This document shows, piece by piece, positions 1 through 9,570 of a stretch of DNA of 41,802 nucleotides. The notes under the pieces were generated by a model. It saw only the letters and a list, made by a program, of their open reading frames with translations. It made no database searches and had not been told where the DNA came from. The position numbers were made by a program, and so were the translations under genes. How positions within the stretch are numbered: position 1 is the stretch's first letter; the number at the start of each line of letters is the position of its first letter. Origin of the DNA: an uncultured archaeon (lineage in GTDB: Archaea; Thermoproteota; EX4484-205; JAAOZP01). The stretch is from contig CALIBN010000001.1 in the NCBI GenBank assembly GCA_938045545.1, forward strand, positions 1-41,802, in the 5' to 3' direction.

Positions 1-571
1 AACAGACGGGCAGTATAAGACATTCCGACGATACTCGGATGGCACACTGATGGAATACGGATGCCACTCGGCCGCCTTTTTATATGTAGAAAGAGCGTTG
101 CAACGAAGTAGAACATTTCTACCCCCCAAACGTTAAAAATAGGGCAAATGGCGATGCTGGGACACATAGCAAGGCTGTTTTCCACCGCAATCATTGGACT
201 ACAGTACTCGAGCGATGTTGAAAAGATTGCTGATACGATACACCTAAGCGAGGAGCAGAGGCTGAAGCCACAGAAGGATGGGGAGAGGCGATAACACTGC
301 TGCCGAGAATGAGAACAGCAATACCTATTAGACTTATACTACGAGTATAGCTGATTACATCGTGCGCTACACGCTTAAGAGTTGCCCTTGCGTAGTCCGA
401 GGTTCTTAGCCTTAATGGTATTTTCGGCTAACGTGAGCGGTTCGCCCAAGCATAAGACGCATTCATCCCATATTTAAAACCTTCGACGATTCGTTCCACG
501 ATAAAAACCGTAGGTTTTCTTGTCGAATTTCTTATAAAAATTTAAAGAGCAGTAGCCCCTCTGAAAAAACG

Positions 572-1255
572 TTGAAGAAAATAGACGGTGAAATCATTCT
601 GAAGAAGCTGGGTGAAGCCATAAGGCTCGACGAAGAAAGCTTCCCACTGTTGTCTAGCAGAAGCGTTTTTGAAATGCTTGTCGCCACGGTTCTCTCACAG
701 AACACTAATGATAAAAACACGGCTAGAACAGTGAGGAGGCTTAGGGACACGATCGGCATAACGCCGGATAGTATTTCTAAGGCTGGGCTGCGCGATTTGA
801 AGTCAGCAATAAGATCCTCAGGCCTCTACAACGTTAAGGCCAGAGTTTTGAAGAAGCTCGCCGGAATCGTCGTTAAGAATTATGGTGGCAATATTGAGAA
901 AGTTTTGGAGAAGCCTCTGGAGGAGGCTAGGAGGGAGTTGATGAGCCTACCGGGTGTCGGTCCTAAAACTGCTGACGTAATACTTCTCTTCGCAGGCGGT
1001 AAAAAGACCTTCCCAATAGATACCCATGTTTTCCGAGTGTCCTGCAGGCTGGGTTTAATAGGGTTGAGAGACGGTTATGAGGAGGCTCGTGAAAAACTGA
1101 TGAAAACATTTCCACCAGACTCCTACTTGAAGGCGCACCTCCTGCTCATAGAGCATGGGAGAAAAACCTGCGGAGCCAGGAAACCGTTATGCTGGAGCTG
1201 CGTTCTTCTAGAACACTGCTTCTTCGGACAGGATTTATTGAAAGGGGGAACGTGA
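572..1255 (+). CDS. nth: Endonuclease III (HhH-GPD DNA glycosylase/AP lyase with 4Fe-4S cluster)
   Basis: LVATVLSQNT, HhH motif LPGVGPKTA, PIDTHVFRV, C-terminal C-x6-C-x2-C-x5-C (CGARKPLCWSCVLLEHC); TTG start. Confidence 0.95.
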   Translation: MKKIDGEIILKKLGEAIRLDEESFPLLSSRSVFEMLVATVLSQNTNDKNTARTVRRLRDTIGITPDSISKAGLRDLKSAIRSSGLYNVKARVLKKLAGIVVKNYGGNIEKVLEKPLEEARRELMSLPGVGPKTADVILLFAGGKKTFPIDTHVFRVSCRLGLIGLRDGYEEAREKLMKTFPPDSYLKAHLLLIEHGRKTCGARKPLCWSCVLLEHCFFGQDLLKGGT

Positions 1256-1272
1256 AAAAACTTAATCTTGTT

Positions 1273-1803
1273 TTACTTTCTAAAATGCGCGTTGCAATCC
1301 GGTATTATGTAAAGATATATTTTGTGCCATGAGAGTTCAGCGACTTTTTGAGGCACCCAGCCTTTGAAGGTGAACTCGTGGCTAACAATCCTTGTCCCAG
1401 GCTTAAGCTCAGCCTCAAGCTTAGGCTTAATCTTCTCATTAGCGGTCGTCGTCAGGAAAAGGGTCAGGACAGTGGCTTCAGAAAGGTTAGCTTTCAACAG
1501 GTCCTCGTTGTAGACGATTATCCTTTTCGACAACCCCTCTCTCTCGATCGTTTTTACAAGCTCCTCGTAAAGATCCTTCCTTATCTCGTATCCAACAGCC
1601 TTCCTCGCGCCGAACTTTTTAACAGCAGTAATAAGCATCCTACCGTCCCCGCAGCCAAGGTCGTAAACAACATCCCTAGGTGTCACGCAGGCCAGCTCAA
1701 GCATCTTTTCGACGACCTCAGGCGGCGAAGGCACGTACGGGACTGTTATCTCCATGTTTTCACCGAGTTCGTCGAGGAAAGAAATAAACTTATCGCCAGC
1801 CAT
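1273..1803 (-). CDS. Class I SAM-dependent methyltransferase, archaeal aKMT/FAM173-like protein-lysine methyltransferase family
   Basis: VPYVPSPPEVVEKML pre-motif, motif I YDLGCGDGR, GYEI, LKPGTRIVSHEF. Confidence 0.85.
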   Translation of the reverse strand: MAGDKFISFLDELGENMEITVPYVPSPPEVVEKMLELACVTPRDVVYDLGCGDGRMLITAVKKFGARKAVGYEIRKDLYEELVKTIEREGLSKRIIVYNEDLLKANLSEATVLTLFLTTTANEKIKPKLEAELKPGTRIVSHEFTFKGWVPQKVAELSWHKIYLYIIPDCNAHFRK

Positions 1804-1805
1804 TT

Positions 1806-2528
1806 TTAATCCCAGCTTTTCTCGAGCATATTCCTGATCATGCGAGCATTACTCAGCATGAAGTGGTCATTATTCAGAAATATAAATATTCTCTTAGGCT
1901 TCGAAGCCAACACTTTGAGGATAACCTCCTCCAGCTCCTCAACCGTGTAATTATGAGAATACCATGATGAACGGCCGTGCATCCTGAGATAGACTGTGCC
2001 CGTAGTGTTGAAGACATGCCTAGGCAGGTCCGGCGAGTCCACTGAGACTATTGTGAGACCCCTGCTGCTGGCCCACTCCTCCCATTCCCCGTTGAACCAC
2101 TTACTGTTCCTCCATTCCATCGCAGCCTTCTCTGCGACCCCGGTCTTGGCGAAAAACCTTTCAATGTTCCTGACGGTGTTTTGACTAGGCTCGACAAACG
2201 GGGGGAGTTGAAAAAGATAGTAGTCCATGCTACCTTCTAACGGTTTGAAAAGGCTGGCGAACCTGTTGAAAACGCTAACCGCCTTGGAGCCCATACGGTA
2301 AACGTGAGTAACCATACGGTTGACCTTCACCACCCATCTGAAGCCTCGGGGCGTCTTCCTGGACCACGAGTAAACCTGGCTGCTAAACGGGAACCTGTAG
2401 AAGCTGGCGTTAAGCTCAACACTATTCAGGCCAGAGTTGTTAACATACCAGTCAAAATCACCAGCAACATTCCAGCTATAACTCCACCCACTCGTCCCGA
2501 CATAAACTTCAACCCGTTTATCTTTCAT
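1806..2528 (-). CDS. DUF72 (YecE-like) TIM-barrel protein
   Basis: VGTSGWSY, VELNASFYRFP, LFQLPP, EWRN, YLRMHGR, FLNND motifs; 2 nt from the methyltransferase start (operon). Confidence 0.92.
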   Translation of the reverse strand: MKDKRVEVYVGTSGWSYSWNVAGDFDWYVNNSGLNSVELNASFYRFPFSSQVYSWSRKTPRGFRWVVKVNRMVTHVYRMGSKAVSVFNRFASLFKPLEGSMDYYLFQLPPFVEPSQNTVRNIERFFAKTGVAEKAAMEWRNSKWFNGEWEEWASSRGLTIVSVDSPDLPRHVFNTTGTVYLRMHGRSSWYSHNYTVEELEEVILKVLASKPKRIFIFLNNDHFMLSNARMIRNMLEKSWD

Positions 2529-2624
2529 TAACGCTTCGTTTAAACACCATCGTACTTTTTAACGTTAACTGAGTTTCAAAGATCATTGGAGTTGCGATTG
2601 GAAAGGAAAAACGAATTAAAAAAG

Positions 2625-3272
2625 CTATTCTGCTCTTTTCTTAGACTTGTTCTTCTTCCTCCTTCCTTTCGCTAAACCCATCCTCCTATAGAACTCTCCT
2701 TCGGCCTTAGGATCCTTCCGCATTCTATAAGCGAGAATGATGGCTTCGACCCTCGTTTTTATCTCCTCCATTTTCTGTTCGTCGGCCATATCTTTGCCAT
2801 CAAAAACAGAACAGAAATAGGTGTACTCATCCGGGGGCATGCTCTCGGGAAAGTAGTGGACGATTTTAACTCCCGTTTTTGCTGCAACGATCTTCGCAAT
2901 CTCATCATCCCAGTAAAACCCAGCTATAAGTTCTCTGAACGTATTCTCATATTTCTTCCAGTTGTTCCTATCCTTCAGCTCCTCGATTATCCTGTCTACA
3001 AGATCAAGATCCGAGATGTTGTAACCCTCGGTTAGGGAATAGTAGGGGGACTCTACCGTGCCCGACTCTACCCATATATTCCCTTCTATGTCCTCCTCAA
3101 CGCAGGAGCAACCGAGAGGAGATGACGTATGTACTGCCCACCTTAAGTCCTTTCCCTCCGGAGAAGGCCAATGAGTTTCGCTCTTATCCACCATAAAGTG
3201 AGTATGGATCTCGCCCTTGAAGCGCTCCTCTAAGTATTCTCTAACCTTCTCAGGGAAATCGGGGCTTTCCAT
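2625..3272 (-). CDS. Hypothetical protein; candidate immunity partner of the upstream nuclease-domain protein
   Basis: 215-aa ORF with AGGTGA RBS 6 nt before ATG, 19 nt after the stop of 3292-5823; acidic body with basic tail; no family recognised. Confidence 0.7.
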   Translation of the reverse strand: MESPDFPEKVREYLEERFKGEIHTHFMVDKSETHWPSPEGKDLRWAVHTSSPLGCSCVEEDIEGNIWVESGTVESPYYSLTEGYNISDLDLVDRIIEELKDRNNWKKYENTFRELIAGFYWDDEIAKIVAAKTGVKIVHYFPESMPPDEYTYFCSVFDGKDMADEQKMEEIKTRVEAIILAYRMRKDPKAEGEFYRRMGLAKGRRKKNKSKKRAE

Positions 3273-3291
3273 CGTAAATCACCTGTGAGAT

Positions 3292-5823
3292 TTAGATATA
3301 AGTTTTCTCATCATTGACGACGAACGGATTTGGTATGTATTTAATATCAAACATCTTAATCCCCTTACCGGTGGCAAGTGCCTCGTAAGGATCGAAATAG
3401 CTGACGACCGCAAACCCATGTTTGACATCACTATACTTTCCATGTTTGTATTCTCCAGAGAAATAATAGTTAATAAGCTTCTTTTTTGCTGCTTCCATCT
3501 GAGAATCAAATCTCTCGGGTTTAATCGTACTTTTGGCCTCGATTATTGCGATGACCTTCCCCTTATGTTTTACGGGCCAATCAGGACCTTTACTCTTTAG
3601 ATCTTCGAAATCGAGTTCGCCTTCAGGAATTCCAAGCGTATTCGAAACATATTTTCGTATTTCCTCCATCTTTTCATCCCTAATCAGATACTCTCCTGCT
3701 CTTCCTACCGCGTCTGCAATTACTTGATCAGGTACATTTTCACGCATCCTTTCTCTTAGAGTTAAAAGTGCTCCGTCCGTATCCCTAGCTTCAATAACAG
3801 TGTACGATGTTATCTTCTTAGCTCCCTGGGGAATTTTGACTGCTAATTCTCTGTTTGAGCAGTAGGTTTGATCTCCGTTGTCGAACTCTATACGCAGGTA
3901 GGCCCTTCCGGTTCCAATATCGTTCCTCAGCTTCTCCACATTATCGTATCCATGTTTCTTTCTAAGCTCATGAAGAATGTGTGTTTTCCCCTTTCCCTTT
4001 ATTTCTATGGATGTCTCATATTTCACATTATTCTTCAATTCCTCAAAGCGTAGCGGATACATTATAACGCGATCCTTAATACACCGGTATGTAATCATCA
4101 ACAGGTTCGCTTCGATCTCCAAGTACTTGATTAAACGCATTTTTCCCGAAGTGCTTACTAGGTCAATAGTCTCATCTTGAAAGAGCCTGAGCCGAAGTTT
4201 GGAACTGGGATGGCTTTTTATAGATTTGAGCTGTGTAGTTATAGTTACACAAAGCCCATGCCTTGTATCAATCTTATTCGGATCTAGCTTCCATTCAACT
4301 GTTTCTATATTGATTTCTTTTCCATCGATCATGAGCTTATTGGCTACAGGATCAAAGTAAAGTTGATGTCCAAGTAATTCGAAGTGCTTTGGGAAGTGCT
4401 TTGTCTTATCATATTTGTATATCTTCAGCTTTTTTATTTTTTTCCTCGCCAAATCCTTGCATATACTAAGACTCTTAGCTTTCCTTTTTATACCTGTTAA
4501 CCATTCAAAAACTTTTCCATCGCCTCTGACCGCTTGTACCCAGTAAAGCCCCCGATCTAGTTCTTCTCCTTGAAGCCATATTATAGTTTCTCCAGCTGTG
4601 ATGTTCTCAAATTCTTTCTCTGGTCGTTCCTCTCCCACAACTACCACATCGGGCGATTCTTCCGGTGACTCTTCTTCCTCCTCTAATACTTCCTCCTCTC
4701 TGACCTCTTCCTCAACTAACTCCTCAGCCCTCTCCCTGACGACTTCCTTACTAACCTCCTCCTCTTCCCCGACTTCCTCAACTAGTTCTTCAGTTCCCTC
4801 AACAAGCTCTTCAACGGGTTCCTCGACTTCCTCTTCTGCTTCGGTTTCTTCAACAACTTCCACGCTAACCTCTTCCTCTTCTGCCTCTTTTTCAGCAACT
4901 CCCTCAACTAGTCCTTCAACTCCTTCTTTGACAAGCTCTTCAACCTTCTCTTCGATGACTTCCTCAACCTCCTCGGCAAGCTCTTTAACTGGTTCTTCAC
5001 TTCTTTCTTCGACCGGTTTAACCCCTTCTTCTAGCTTCTCTTCCTCAACTTCCTCAGACTCTTCTAAGCTCTCAATGACCTCTTCGAGGGACTCTTCCTC
5101 CCCCATTAGTTCTTTGAATTTTTCCTCTGGGATCTCGAGCTCTTCCGCGGGCTCTTCGTATTCCTCAGGCTTTTCGTATTCCACGGGTTTTTGAGAGAGT
5201 TCCTCGATCCGCTCCTCTATCTCCCTAGATTCCGCCGATTCCGCGGCTTCCTCGAGTAACCTCTCGAGGGGGTCTTCGGACTCCGCCTCCACTTCTATCT
5301 TCCTCGCGATGGACTCGAAAAGCGCCTCCCTATATAGTTCCTCCTGCCTCTTCTCCTCTTCGCTCAGCTCCTCCTCTAAATTCTCCAGTTTCTCCTCCCT
5401 CTGGAGGGATCCCTCGGCCAGTGCTTCGATCCCCTCTATCAATTCTCTGAGGTGATCCTCAGTCTCTAACTCCTCGATCTCTTCCTCCTCTTTCTTTCCC
5501 TTCCCAGACCTCTGCAGGAGCACGAGTCCATCAGATGTTACTATCTGATGCTCTTCTTCCATATGTTCCTTAATTTCCCGCTTCTCATCCTCCGACAAAT
5601 TTCCCTCCATCATCATTAGGGAGGAATCCTCATACTCCCTATTGGCTTCATTGATCTCATTCTCAGACTCTTCTTCTTGCTCCTCCCACTCCTTCATGGC
5701 CTCCTCTAAGTAGCGTTCTAATTCCTCCCTCCAGTTCTCGCTCTTGAGGATGCGCTCTTCCCACTCCTCCTCGTATCTCTCCAGCCTCCTCACGTAGTTC
5801 AGCTCAGCGCTAAACTGGCCCAA
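3292..5823 (-). CDS. Large modular protein: Glu-rich low-complexity N-terminal half, basic central region, C-terminal PD-(D/E)xK nuclease-like domain
   Basis: 843-aa ORF; C-terminus VGRAGEYL...GPDWPV...IIEAKST fits E...PD...ExK restriction-endonuclease fold; TTG start after AGGGGA. Confidence 0.75.
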   Translation of the reverse strand: MGQFSAELNYVRRLERYEEEWEERILKSENWREELERYLEEAMKEWEEQEEESENEINEANREYEDSSLMMMEGNLSEDEKREIKEHMEEEHQIVTSDGLVLLQRSGKGKKEEEEIEELETEDHLRELIEGIEALAEGSLQREEKLENLEEELSEEEKRQEELYREALFESIARKIEVEAESEDPLERLLEEAAESAESREIEERIEELSQKPVEYEKPEEYEEPAEELEIPEEKFKELMGEEESLEEVIESLEESEEVEEEKLEEGVKPVEERSEEPVKELAEEVEEVIEEKVEELVKEGVEGLVEGVAEKEAEEEEVSVEVVEETEAEEEVEEPVEELVEGTEELVEEVGEEEEVSKEVVRERAEELVEEEVREEEVLEEEEESPEESPDVVVVGEERPEKEFENITAGETIIWLQGEELDRGLYWVQAVRGDGKVFEWLTGIKRKAKSLSICKDLARKKIKKLKIYKYDKTKHFPKHFELLGHQLYFDPVANKLMIDGKEINIETVEWKLDPNKIDTRHGLCVTITTQLKSIKSHPSSKLRLRLFQDETIDLVSTSGKMRLIKYLEIEANLLMITYRCIKDRVIMYPLRFEELKNNVKYETSIEIKGKGKTHILHELRKKHGYDNVEKLRNDIGTGRAYLRIEFDNGDQTYCSNRELAVKIPQGAKKITSYTVIEARDTDGALLTLRERMRENVPDQVIADAVGRAGEYLIRDEKMEEIRKYVSNTLGIPEGELDFEDLKSKGPDWPVKHKGKVIAIIEAKSTIKPERFDSQMEAAKKKLINYYFSGEYKHGKYSDVKHGFAVVSYFDPYEALATGKGIKMFDIKYIPNPFVVNDEKTYI
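4600..5780 (-). repeat. Low-complexity Glu/Val-rich coding repeats (EELVE, EEVSVE-like units)
   Basis: Very pyrimidine-rich + strand (tcctc/ttcttc units); degenerate repeats EELVE/EELVK/EGLVE in translation. Confidence 0.8.
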
Positions 5824-5945
5824 TTCCCTACATCCCCTTCACCAACTTCATCGATCCATCTCCCCCGATCATTAGTATATCGGCTATGTCGGGCGAGAGG
5901 CCCATTTTCCTCTCCTCAGGAGTTATAGCCAGCCAGGCGCCAACA

Positions 5946-7487
5946 TCACTCCTCCTTGTCGAACATTTTCATCACACCCGGTATTTTCTCAACAAGGTCT
6001 GAGGCGGTTATGTGGAAGCCTTTTTCCTCAACAGCCTTCAAGCCAGCCTCCCCATGAACATAGGCTGCTGCAGCAGCTGAGGTAAACCCGCTGTTACCCC
6101 AGGCTAGGAAGGTTGTGATGATGCCTGAAAGCACGTCCCCAGTGCCGCCGACCGCTAAACCGGGTGTAGCATGCTTGTTCACCTTAATGTTTGATCCGTC
6201 GGTGATGACTGTTTCAAAGCCTTTGAGCAGAAGTGTGAAACCATGTTTACTGGAGAGCTCGACAAGCCTGCTTGCGTTTTCAAACCACCTGGCTCCAAGC
6301 TCGGCTTCAAAAACGTGTTTAAACTCTCCACGGTGAGGAGTAGCCACAACCCCTTTCAGTAGGTCTGGGAATGCTTTGAAAGCTTTGAAACCGTCCGCGT
6401 CAACAACAACCGGCAGCAGCCTGTTCCTAGCTTCGCTGACGATCATCCTGACTGCTTCCACGGTATCCTCGTGGAGGCCTAGGCCCGGGCCCAGAACCAT
6501 GGAGTCAGCCTTATCCATAAGCTTTGATAAGAGAGGTATTGCCTCCGCGTCAAGATGCTCCCCGGGAGTTGCGTAGACCACAAGGTCTGGAGACATTGCT
6601 CTGACGGAGGCTGCAACCGGCTTGGGCGTAACAACCATCGCTAGGCCAGCTCCGACTCTTAGCGCAGACAATGCTGCTAAAGCAGGTGCCCCAGAGAAGG
6701 TTTCGCTCCCGCCTACTACGAGAACATAGCCGTAGTCCCTTTTGTGCGAGTCTCTCCTCCTAGTTTTCACAACCCTCTTAACGTCGCCCGGCCCAGTGTA
6801 GAGCTCAGCCTCGAGAGGTATGCCTATATCCGCCACCTCAACCTGCCCGGAGAAAGGAGAGCCCTCTAGAAAATCCTTAGCCTTGTGGAACGTCAGAGTG
6901 TAGGACGCTTTAACAGCCAGAGTCTTTTCAACGCTCCCGGGGCCAAGCCCCGTTGGAACATCTACAGCGAAAACAGTTTTGCCGGAGGAGTTTACTTCTC
7001 TAACTATGGAGGCGAAAGGCTCTTTTAAAAACCCCTTAATTCCTGTGCCAAGCATAGCATCCACAACGAAGTCGCATTTAGATAAAAGCTCCTTGACAAC
7101 CCGTGTCTCGGAGGAGTCTGCAACAAAGAATTTCTCGACATCATCCATTTGAAGCAGGAGCAGCCAGTTTACCCTAGCCTCCTCGCTCCTGATTTCATGA
7201 GGCCGACCTACAAGAACCACCACTACCCTAGCACCCATGTTCCTAAGGTGCCTGGCTGCAACAAACCCGTCGCCACCGTTATTCCCAATCCCGCATAGGA
7301 AGAGAAACGTTTTACCCCTGACGTCCATCTTCGAAGATATGAAGCGCGCGGTGGCTGAGCCAGCGTTCTCCATCATGCAAAGCCTGCTGAAACCCAGTGT
7401 TTCGGCATTTTCCTCTATAGCAGCCATATAGTCGCTCGTCACGACCATCGGCAAGAGTTGCTTTACTGTCTTAAGCCAGTCCTCCAT
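5946..7487 (-). CDS. nnr: Bifunctional NAD(P)HX epimerase/dehydratase (YjeF_N + YjeF_C)
   Basis: MMENAG, GNNGGDG, DAMLGTG, AVDVPTG, GPGLG, VVDADG, TPHRGEF, GGTGDVLSG. Confidence 0.95.
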   Translation of the reverse strand: MEDWLKTVKQLLPMVVTSDYMAAIEENAETLGFSRLCMMENAGSATARFISSKMDVRGKTFLFLCGIGNNGGDGFVAARHLRNMGARVVVVLVGRPHEIRSEEARVNWLLLLQMDDVEKFFVADSSETRVVKELLSKCDFVVDAMLGTGIKGFLKEPFASIVREVNSSGKTVFAVDVPTGLGPGSVEKTLAVKASYTLTFHKAKDFLEGSPFSGQVEVADIGIPLEAELYTGPGDVKRVVKTRRRDSHKRDYGYVLVVGGSETFSGAPALAALSALRVGAGLAMVVTPKPVAASVRAMSPDLVVYATPGEHLDAEAIPLLSKLMDKADSMVLGPGLGLHEDTVEAVRMIVSEARNRLLPVVVDADGFKAFKAFPDLLKGVVATPHRGEFKHVFEAELGARWFENASRLVELSSKHGFTLLLKGFETVITDGSNIKVNKHATPGLAVGGTGDVLSGIITTFLAWGNSGFTSAAAAAYVHGEAGLKAVEEKGFHITASDLVEKIPGVMKMFDKEE

Positions 7488-7510
7488 CTTAAAGTACTGT
7501 TTGAAGAAGC

Positions 7511-7518
7511 CTTATAAG
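7511..7518. promoter_or_regulatory. Palindromic TATA box probably shared by divergent nnr and ogg
   Basis: CTTATAAG in the 39-bp divergent gap, about 24 nt from the nnr ATG (7487) and about 30 nt from an in-frame GTG of ogg (7548). Confidence 0.5.
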
Positions 7519-7526
7519 AATATTCT

Positions 7527-8183
7527 ATGGCAGGCTTAGCTGGAACAGTGAGGCGTACGAGGCTCCTCAGAGACCTGGGGAAGATCTTATCGGACGATAA
7601 GGTTAGGAGAACAGTTTTGAGAAGGCTTAGACAATTCGAGGAGGCGAGAGCCAGCAGGAAGAGGGTTTTCAGCGAGCTCTGCTTCTGCATTCTAACAGCC
7701 AACTGTTCCGCGGAGGGAGGGCTTAGGGTTCAGGGGGAAATCGGGGAGGGCTTCTTGAAACTTAGCAGAATCGAGCTGAGCAGGAGGCTCAAGAGCCTAG
7801 GCTACAGGTATCCCAATACTAGGGCGAAGTACATCGTTAAAGCTAGGAAACACTGTGAAGAGGTTTGGAGAATCGTTAACGAGGATGATGATCCTACAAG
7901 GGTGAGAAGATGGCTTGCAGACAACGTGCCCGGGATAGGCTTTAAGGAGGCAAGCCACTTCTTGAGAAACATAGGCTTCAAGAACCTTGCCATAATAGAC
8001 AAGCATGTTCTGAGGGTTCTCCACAAGTACGGCTACGTAAGAAGCATCCCCCAGACCCTTTCCAGAGCCAGATACCTAGAGATCGAGAAGATCCTTTCGA
8101 AAATAGCTGGTGAGCTAAAAATTTCGCTAGCGGAGCTCGACCTCTACCTTTGGTACATGGATACGGGAAGAATACTGAAATAA
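7527..8183 (+). CDS. ogg: 8-oxoguanine DNA glycosylase/AP lyase (Ogg2 type); true start may be GTG 7548
   Basis: ELCFCILTAN, GYRYPNTRAKYI, GIGFKEASHFLRNIG, IIDKHVLR, ELDLYLWY...TGRILK C-terminus. Confidence 0.93.
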   Translation: MAGLAGTVRRTRLLRDLGKILSDDKVRRTVLRRLRQFEEARASRKRVFSELCFCILTANCSAEGGLRVQGEIGEGFLKLSRIELSRRLKSLGYRYPNTRAKYIVKARKHCEEVWRIVNEDDDPTRVRRWLADNVPGIGFKEASHFLRNIGFKNLAIIDKHVLRVLHKYGYVRSIPQTLSRARYLEIEKILSKIAGELKISLAELDLYLWYMDTGRILK

Positions 8184-8252
8184 AAACGGGATTATAACAC
8201 TGTGATAAGCCTGAAACAGTGGGGGAAGGCTCGCACACGGTTACAGCAAAAG

Positions 8253-9527
8253 CTAAACGAGTTCAACAATGTACTCTCTGCCACGCTTGATTTTCCTGAT
8301 CAGCCCTTTCCTCTGAAGCTCGTTTAAAACTATTGAGGTCTTAGACTTTGAAAACTTAGCAGCATCCTTAATCTGGGACTGCGTCAGCCTCCCGCCAGCC
8401 TCCCTTAGAAGCTTTATCACGAGATCCTCGTCTGAAAGCGTCTGCATATCCGGAGGCTTCAGCCTCCCCCCGCGGGAACGGCGAAACAGTATTATTGCTA
8501 AAAGCACCGCCGGCGGAACCAGCAAAGCCAGGAAAAACACCGGGGGCAGGCTCTCAGCCTGGGTCTCGCTCCCGCTCTCCTCGTAAACCGAGAGTTGTAT
8601 GGGTTGCGGCTCCTGGCTGAACCTGTATGGCGAGTCGGAAGGCAGGCGCAGCGAAACCCTCCATTCCCCAGCGATATTCATGTTAAAAAAGTCCGAAAAA
8701 ACCCCGTTTTCCCTGACGGTCACTTCCCTAACTGTTTCAGAGCCTTGGGGATTCAGATATATGATCCTGAGAGTGAGGCCGGGGGTCGGTGGGCTGATCC
8801 TGCCCTGAATGCTTAGCATAGAATTCTTCTTAACCCTGCTGCTTTCCGGAGAGAATTCCTCAACCCTTATAGTTCTGCTTTGAAATATTAGTCTAGGCTC
8901 CCCGTCTGAGAAATCCAGCTTGCCCACCCATGCTACTCTTAAAACATCTTCGTTCGACGGCTTTGGGCTCGCAAGCTTAAGGAAATACTCTTGGTCCAGC
9001 TCAGAGTAGTCTATCTCCAGCCTTTCATCAGCAAAAAGGTAAAACCCTCCTTCAAACACGTCTCCAACCTCAATCCTGTCTGAAGTCTTAAGGCTGAAGT
9101 TAACCCATTTGAACCTGTACTGGATAACCCCCAGCTGCTTCAATATTCCCGTCACATCGATCTTGAGGCTGAAGTTCTCTGCAGCCATAGGTCTCCCGGT
9201 TAAGGATGCTGCTCTGCTAACGATGCTGCTTATTGTTGATTCGAAGCCTGAGAGAAGAGTATTCCTATCAGCATTATCCTTAAAAAAAATGAAGCTGTCA
9301 AGATCCTCCTGGGAACCGAGTGCGGTTGAGAGTTCAACAACCCATGTGGCGGAAGAATCCTTGTGGAGAGTTATCCTGTAGGTTGTTTGAAACTCGAACT
9401 CACCCTCAACCAGTGGAACCAGTTTAAAAAAGCAGACTAGGATGAATGCCAGTAGTGCACCCGCAACGGCTTTTTTAAGCGTCATATTTGGAAAAATAGG
9501 CGTGAGAAGAAGTATAAAAGCTTGCAA
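8253..9527 (-). CDS. Membrane-anchored transcription regulator: signal peptide, extracellular DUF4897-like/Ig-like domains, TM helix, cytoplasmic winged HTH (COG2512-like)
   Basis: N-terminal hydrophobic segment; TM VFFLALLVPPAVLLAIILF; LSDEDLVIKLLREAGGRLTQSQI...FSKSKTSIVLNELQRKGLIRKIKRGRE; start uncertain. Confidence 0.8.
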   Translation of the reverse strand: MQAFILLLTPIFPNMTLKKAVAGALLAFILVCFFKLVPLVEGEFEFQTTYRITLHKDSSATWVVELSTALGSQEDLDSFIFFKDNADRNTLLSGFESTISSIVSRAASLTGRPMAAENFSLKIDVTGILKQLGVIQYRFKWVNFSLKTSDRIEVGDVFEGGFYLFADERLEIDYSELDQEYFLKLASPKPSNEDVLRVAWVGKLDFSDGEPRLIFQSRTIRVEEFSPESSRVKKNSMLSIQGRISPPTPGLTLRIIYLNPQGSETVREVTVRENGVFSDFFNMNIAGEWRVSLRLPSDSPYRFSQEPQPIQLSVYEESGSETQAESLPPVFFLALLVPPAVLLAIILFRRSRGGRLKPPDMQTLSDEDLVIKLLREAGGRLTQSQIKDAAKFSKSKTSIVLNELQRKGLIRKIKRGREYIVELV

Positions 9528-9570
9528 ACAGACTACTTTTTACAAACAGATTTTAAAGGTTGCTTTCCAA

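Noticed and set aside
1-530. Short ORFs (e.g. MAMLGHIARLFST...) and small hairpins at the window start
   Set aside because: No recognisable family, tRNA or structured RNA; may be gene debris but unsupported
4598-5194. 198-aa poly-Ser/Thr ORF on + strand
   Set aside because: Antisense shadow of the Glu/Val-rich region of 3292-5823
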